The notes beneath the pieces were generated by a model. That model was not told where the DNA came from, did no database searches, and saw nothing but the letters and a program-made list of their open reading frames with translations. Both the position numbers and the translations under genes were made by a program. Positions 61,240-64,000 of a DNA stretch of 64,000 nt are shown one piece after another; position 1 is the stretch's first letter; every line of letters begins with the position of its first letter. The DNA is from an uncultured Verrucomicrobiae bacterium (GTDB lineage Bacteria; Verrucomicrobiota; Verrucomicrobiia; Chthoniobacterales; UBA10450), in contig CAWIBO010000002.1 in the NCBI GenBank assembly GCA_963834385.1, forward strand, positions 192,001-256,000, written 5' to 3'.

Positions 61240-62946
61240 TTATTCGGCCGGCGTGCCGGCAACCCGCGTCAGCAGGGCTCTTTCCTCCGGCAACAGCCGG
61301 GCTGCCGCGGCCCGTTCGATGAACGGCCGGGCCTCTTCTTTCCGCCCGGCGGCCGCGAGGAAAAGGGCGTGGTAAGCGGCGATCCCGGGGTCTTGCAGCG
61401 CTTCGGCCGGGAGTTTCTCCATGATGGCTAGGGCCTGTTCCGGGCCGCTCGAGCGGTAGACCGAAAAGGCATAGGTTGAAGCGTAGGCGGGATCGGCGCC
61501 ATGCGTCTGGTAAAGCTGCCGGGAAAGGGCGCGGGCCCGTTCCGGCTCGGCGTCGAGGAGGAGGGCGACCTGGGCAAAGTTGTTTTTGATCTTGGGATCG
61601 TCCGGATTGACCTCCACGAGGATGCGCAGGGTGCGATAGAGCCCCTGGGTGTCGCGGGCCTCGGCATAATAAGCATAAAGGGTGGCCAGTGCCTCAGCCC
61701 GGGTTTCGGGATGTTTGGTGAGCTGCCAGAGCAGGTCCAGCGTCTCCTCCTTCCAGTTCCAATCCGAGATTGTCCGGGTGAGCAACTGGAGGAACTGCGG
61801 CTGCTCCGAGGCGAGTTTTTGGGCGTCGGCCCATTCGCGCGTGGCCGCGGCCATCTTGTCCTGGCCGCGCAGGGCGCGGGCCAGCATCGCCTTGCGCAGG
61901 AAATCGAACTGGCCCCAGCGGGCGTTGCGCACCAGCTCCTCCACCGCCTTCCAATCGCGACCGAGCGCATGGGAATCGGCCAGGACAAGCGGCACGGGCC
62001 ATTCCTTTAATTTTTCCGGGGGAACGCTGCGCGCAAAATCGACCGCGAGGGCGCTGAGGCCGCTCCGGTTCATCCAGCCGAGGAGCTCGGCGAGGTCGCG
62101 CGGTTGCGCCAGCGCGTCCGCCTCCATCTTCGAGAGGTATCCGACGTACTCCGGAGCCTTGAGCTGACGCAGGATATCGAGATAGACGAGCCGGTCGCCG
62201 AAGGTCGCTTCCGGGTAGGCCTGGAGTTCGCGCGCCAGCTCGAAAGCCACGTGGGCGGTCTCGCGTCGGGTAACGGCGTCGGTGATCAAAGCGCGGGTGG
62301 CGGGAACGCGGTGGGCCGGGTCGGCGCGGAGCGCGGTGAGGGAGGCGCGCGCCTTTTCCTGCCGGGCCGGGTCGCGCGAGGCGAGCTGGCTAAGGGCATG
62401 TTTCAGCCGGTAAAGCGAGTCGGCGGGGGCAAGCTCAACCGCGCGGGCCCAGTGTGGTTCCGCCTCCTCCATTTTCCTGTGCGCTTCGGCGACGCGCGCC
62501 GCGGAAGCATGATAGGAAGCGGTGTCACGATGCTCCGGCGGAATGGCGGCGAGGGCCCGCTCCGCCGTGGCGGTTTCGCCGAAGAGCAGGGCCGTCGTAA
62601 TCAGGGCGGAAGCGTCTTCAACGGAGCCGGGCGCCAGTTCAAGGGCGGTTTTGCGCCATTCCAGCGCGGTGCGATCGTTGGCCGATTCCGCCATTTTGGC
62701 AATGAGGCGGGCCGCGTCGAGGCTGTAAGGATTGATCTGGAACGCGCGGCGCGCGGTCAGGGTGGCTTCCTTCAGGTCGCCGCCGCTCATGAAGGCCGCG
62801 GCCCGGCGAAGCAGGCGTTTCTCCTCCCAATCCCGGTAAAGATGGCAGCCGCCCCAGCACATGAGGCTGAAGAGGACGAGGCCGACCAGGATGCCGATCG
62901 ACAGCCTGATATAAAATTTTTCCCGGCGGGCGTGATAAGCTTCCAC
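61240..62946 (-). CDS. Membrane-anchored TPR-repeat protein
   Basis: N-terminal TM helix followed by Ala/Leu-rich helical repeats (e.g. RAVELAP, VEVNPDDPKIKNNFA); AGGAG upstream of the GTG start. Confidence 0.8.
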   Translation of the reverse strand: MEAYHARREKFYIRLSIGILVGLVLFSLMCWGGCHLYRDWEEKRLLRRAAAFMSGGDLKEATLTARRAFQINPYSLDAARLIAKMAESANDRTALEWRKTALELAPGSVEDASALITTALLFGETATAERALAAIPPEHRDTASYHASAARVAEAHRKMEEAEPHWARAVELAPADSLYRLKHALSQLASRDPARQEKARASLTALRADPAHRVPATRALITDAVTRRETAHVAFELARELQAYPEATFGDRLVYLDILRQLKAPEYVGYLSKMEADALAQPRDLAELLGWMNRSGLSALAVDFARSVPPEKLKEWPVPLVLADSHALGRDWKAVEELVRNARWGQFDFLRKAMLARALRGQDKMAAATREWADAQKLASEQPQFLQLLTRTISDWNWKEETLDLLWQLTKHPETRAEALATLYAYYAEARDTQGLYRTLRILVEVNPDDPKIKNNFAQVALLLDAEPERARALSRQLYQTHGADPAYASTYAFSVYRSSGPEQALAIMEKLPAEALQDPGIAAYHALFLAAAGRKEEARPFIERAAAARLLPEERALLTRVAGTPAE

Positions 62947-62967
62947 GGCGTTCTCCTAAGCAAAATA

Positions 62968-62986
62968 CAGACCGGTGACCGGTCTG
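62968..62986 (-). terminator. Hairpin / probable terminator after the PEP-CTERM gene
   Basis: Perfect inverted repeat CAGACCGG-TGA-CCGGTCTG followed on the minus strand by TATTTT. Confidence 0.55.
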
Positions 62987-62999
62987 CGACCGTGAAAAG

Positions 63000-63668
63000 T
63001 CAGGAAAGCCTCAGGAGACCCGCAGAGCGACGCTTGCGGAGCTTCAGCGCGGCGACGAGCAGAACGAAAAGACCGGCCGCCCAGGTGCCTGGTTCCGGCA
63101 CGACCACGGCGCCGTGGGTCGCGACGTTGTCAAAACGCATGGCGTTGCTGGGTCCCCCGGCGTTCCAACCGTAAAACTTGAACGTAACGGTGGTGGCCTC
63201 AGTGGCCGCGGGGATATCGGCGAAATCGAAAGTGTAACTTTGGATGGGGGCGCTGGCCGGCGTCCAGCCGTAGGTGGCGTAGGCGCTGGAAGAGCCATTG
63301 ATGAAAAGCGAGACCTGCGCGTTGCTCAGGCCGGCGCCGTTCTTCATCGAATCAAAGGTCAGGCTGGTCAGGGTGAGGACCATGCCGGGATCGGCCGTGA
63401 TGGTGAAGCCGGCCCAAATGTTCGGATCGAGGGTGGCACTTTCCGCCCAGTCTTTGCTCTCAAACTCGTTCGCGCGGCCGGTGTCGCTCAACCCGCCGTT
63501 GCGGGTGAAATCGCTGAAGACGGCCCCGCTCGGCTGCGGGTTGGTCTGGTCCACTGCCAGTCCTGAGCCATCGGAGCCCGGAAAATCGTAGGTGTAAATC
63601 ACCGCGGAAGAGGCGTTTGGGGCCAGAGCGAACCCGAGAAGAGCGGAGATGAGAAGGGAGTATTTCAT
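63000..63668 (-). CDS. PEP-CTERM sorting-domain surface protein
   Basis: Signal peptide, Thr/Ser/Gly-rich beta body, C-terminal VVPEPGTWAAGLFVLLVAALKLRKRR. Confidence 0.92.
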   Translation of the reverse strand: MKYSLLISALLGFALAPNASSAVIYTYDFPGSDGSGLAVDQTNPQPSGAVFSDFTRNGGLSDTGRANEFESKDWAESATLDPNIWAGFTITADPGMVLTLTSLTFDSMKNGAGLSNAQVSLFINGSSSAYATYGWTPASAPIQSYTFDFADIPAATEATTVTFKFYGWNAGGPSNAMRFDNVATHGAVVVPEPGTWAAGLFVLLVAALKLRKRRSAGLLRLS

Positions 63669-63689
63669 GGATGAATTCTGGAAATTATA

Positions 63690-63705
63690 AGCGGGTTCCG
63701 TGCCA
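63690..63705 (-). promoter_or_regulatory. Putative sigma54 promoter
   Basis: Minus strand TGGCACGGAACCCGCT (GG-N10-GC) about 20 nt upstream of the PEP-CTERM start. Confidence 0.6.
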
Positions 63706-63774
63706 TCAGCCGCCGCCGCAGCCTCTTTTTACGCTCGGGGTCGCGCCCGACCGCTTCTGTCTTACTGTCCGGAC

Positions 63775-64000
63775 ATGAAACAGTTGGCGCTGGTCGGGTT
63801 GGGCGGTTTCATCGGGGCAATCGGGCGTTACCTCCTCGGCGGCGCCGTCCTTCACCTCACCGCCTCCTGGCGTTTTCCGGTGAGCACTTTCCTGGTCAAC
63901 CTGGCCGGCTGCTTCTGCCTGGGGGCGCTCGCCGCCCTCGCGGAACAGCGCGACTTCTTTAGCCCGGCCCTCCGCCTTTTTCTTTTCACCGGCATCCTCG
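63775..64000 (+). CDS. crcB: Fluoride efflux channel CrcB/Fluc (partial, runs off window)
   Basis: MKQLALVGLGGFIGAIGRY...FPVSTFLVNLAGCF...LRLFLFTGIL: GG-x-x-GA-x-x-RY and T-x-x-VN motifs. Confidence 0.93.
   Translation, partial: MKQLALVGLGGFIGAIGRYLLGGAVLHLTASWRFPVSTFLVNLAGCFCLGALAALAEQRDFFSPALRLFLFTGIL

Noticed and set aside
63669..63774. Fluoride riboswitch upstream of crcB
   Set aside because: No GGCGATG/GGAGATG...TGATG core on the plus strand; a -10 box 6 nt before the ATG suggests a leaderless transcript.

Overview
A GC-rich 64 kb stretch of bacterial chromosome, mostly core genome. It is most consistent with a Verrucomicrobiota (Chthoniobacterales/Spartobacteria-like) genome; this is an inference from protein styles, the PEP-CTERM/exosortase genes and the prepilin cassette. 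Many conserved genes carry isolated single-base frameshifts, typical of an unpolished long-read assembly. Housekeeping genes include moeB, rpmI, ndh, panE, ybeY, clpS, fabI, nadE, tRNA-Lys(CTT), rpmH, rlmN, nrdR, topB, dprA, ssb, rpsF, pth, rplY, prs and crcB. The window also holds two ECF sigma/anti-sigma pairs, a TreS-maltokinase fusion, a CADD/CT610-like putative pABA synthase, and a C30-type glyco-acyl carotenoid operon lacking its synthase. Envelope-related genes include an exosortase, a CPBP protease, two PEP-CTERM proteins, and a sigma54-preceded minor-pilin cassette next to a mosaic ~0.9 kb repeat array. The best candidate for an undescribed system is 41150-47769. It is a Dlt-like operon (divergent MBOAT, adenylation enzyme, carrier protein, ICL-superfamily lyase with oxaloacetate-hydrolase-like features) transcribed divergently from a bacterial GPI-ethanolamine-phosphate-transferase-like membrane enzyme, suggesting a new envelope-modification pathway, possibly oxalylation. 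No CRISPR array, integrase or transposase was seen.
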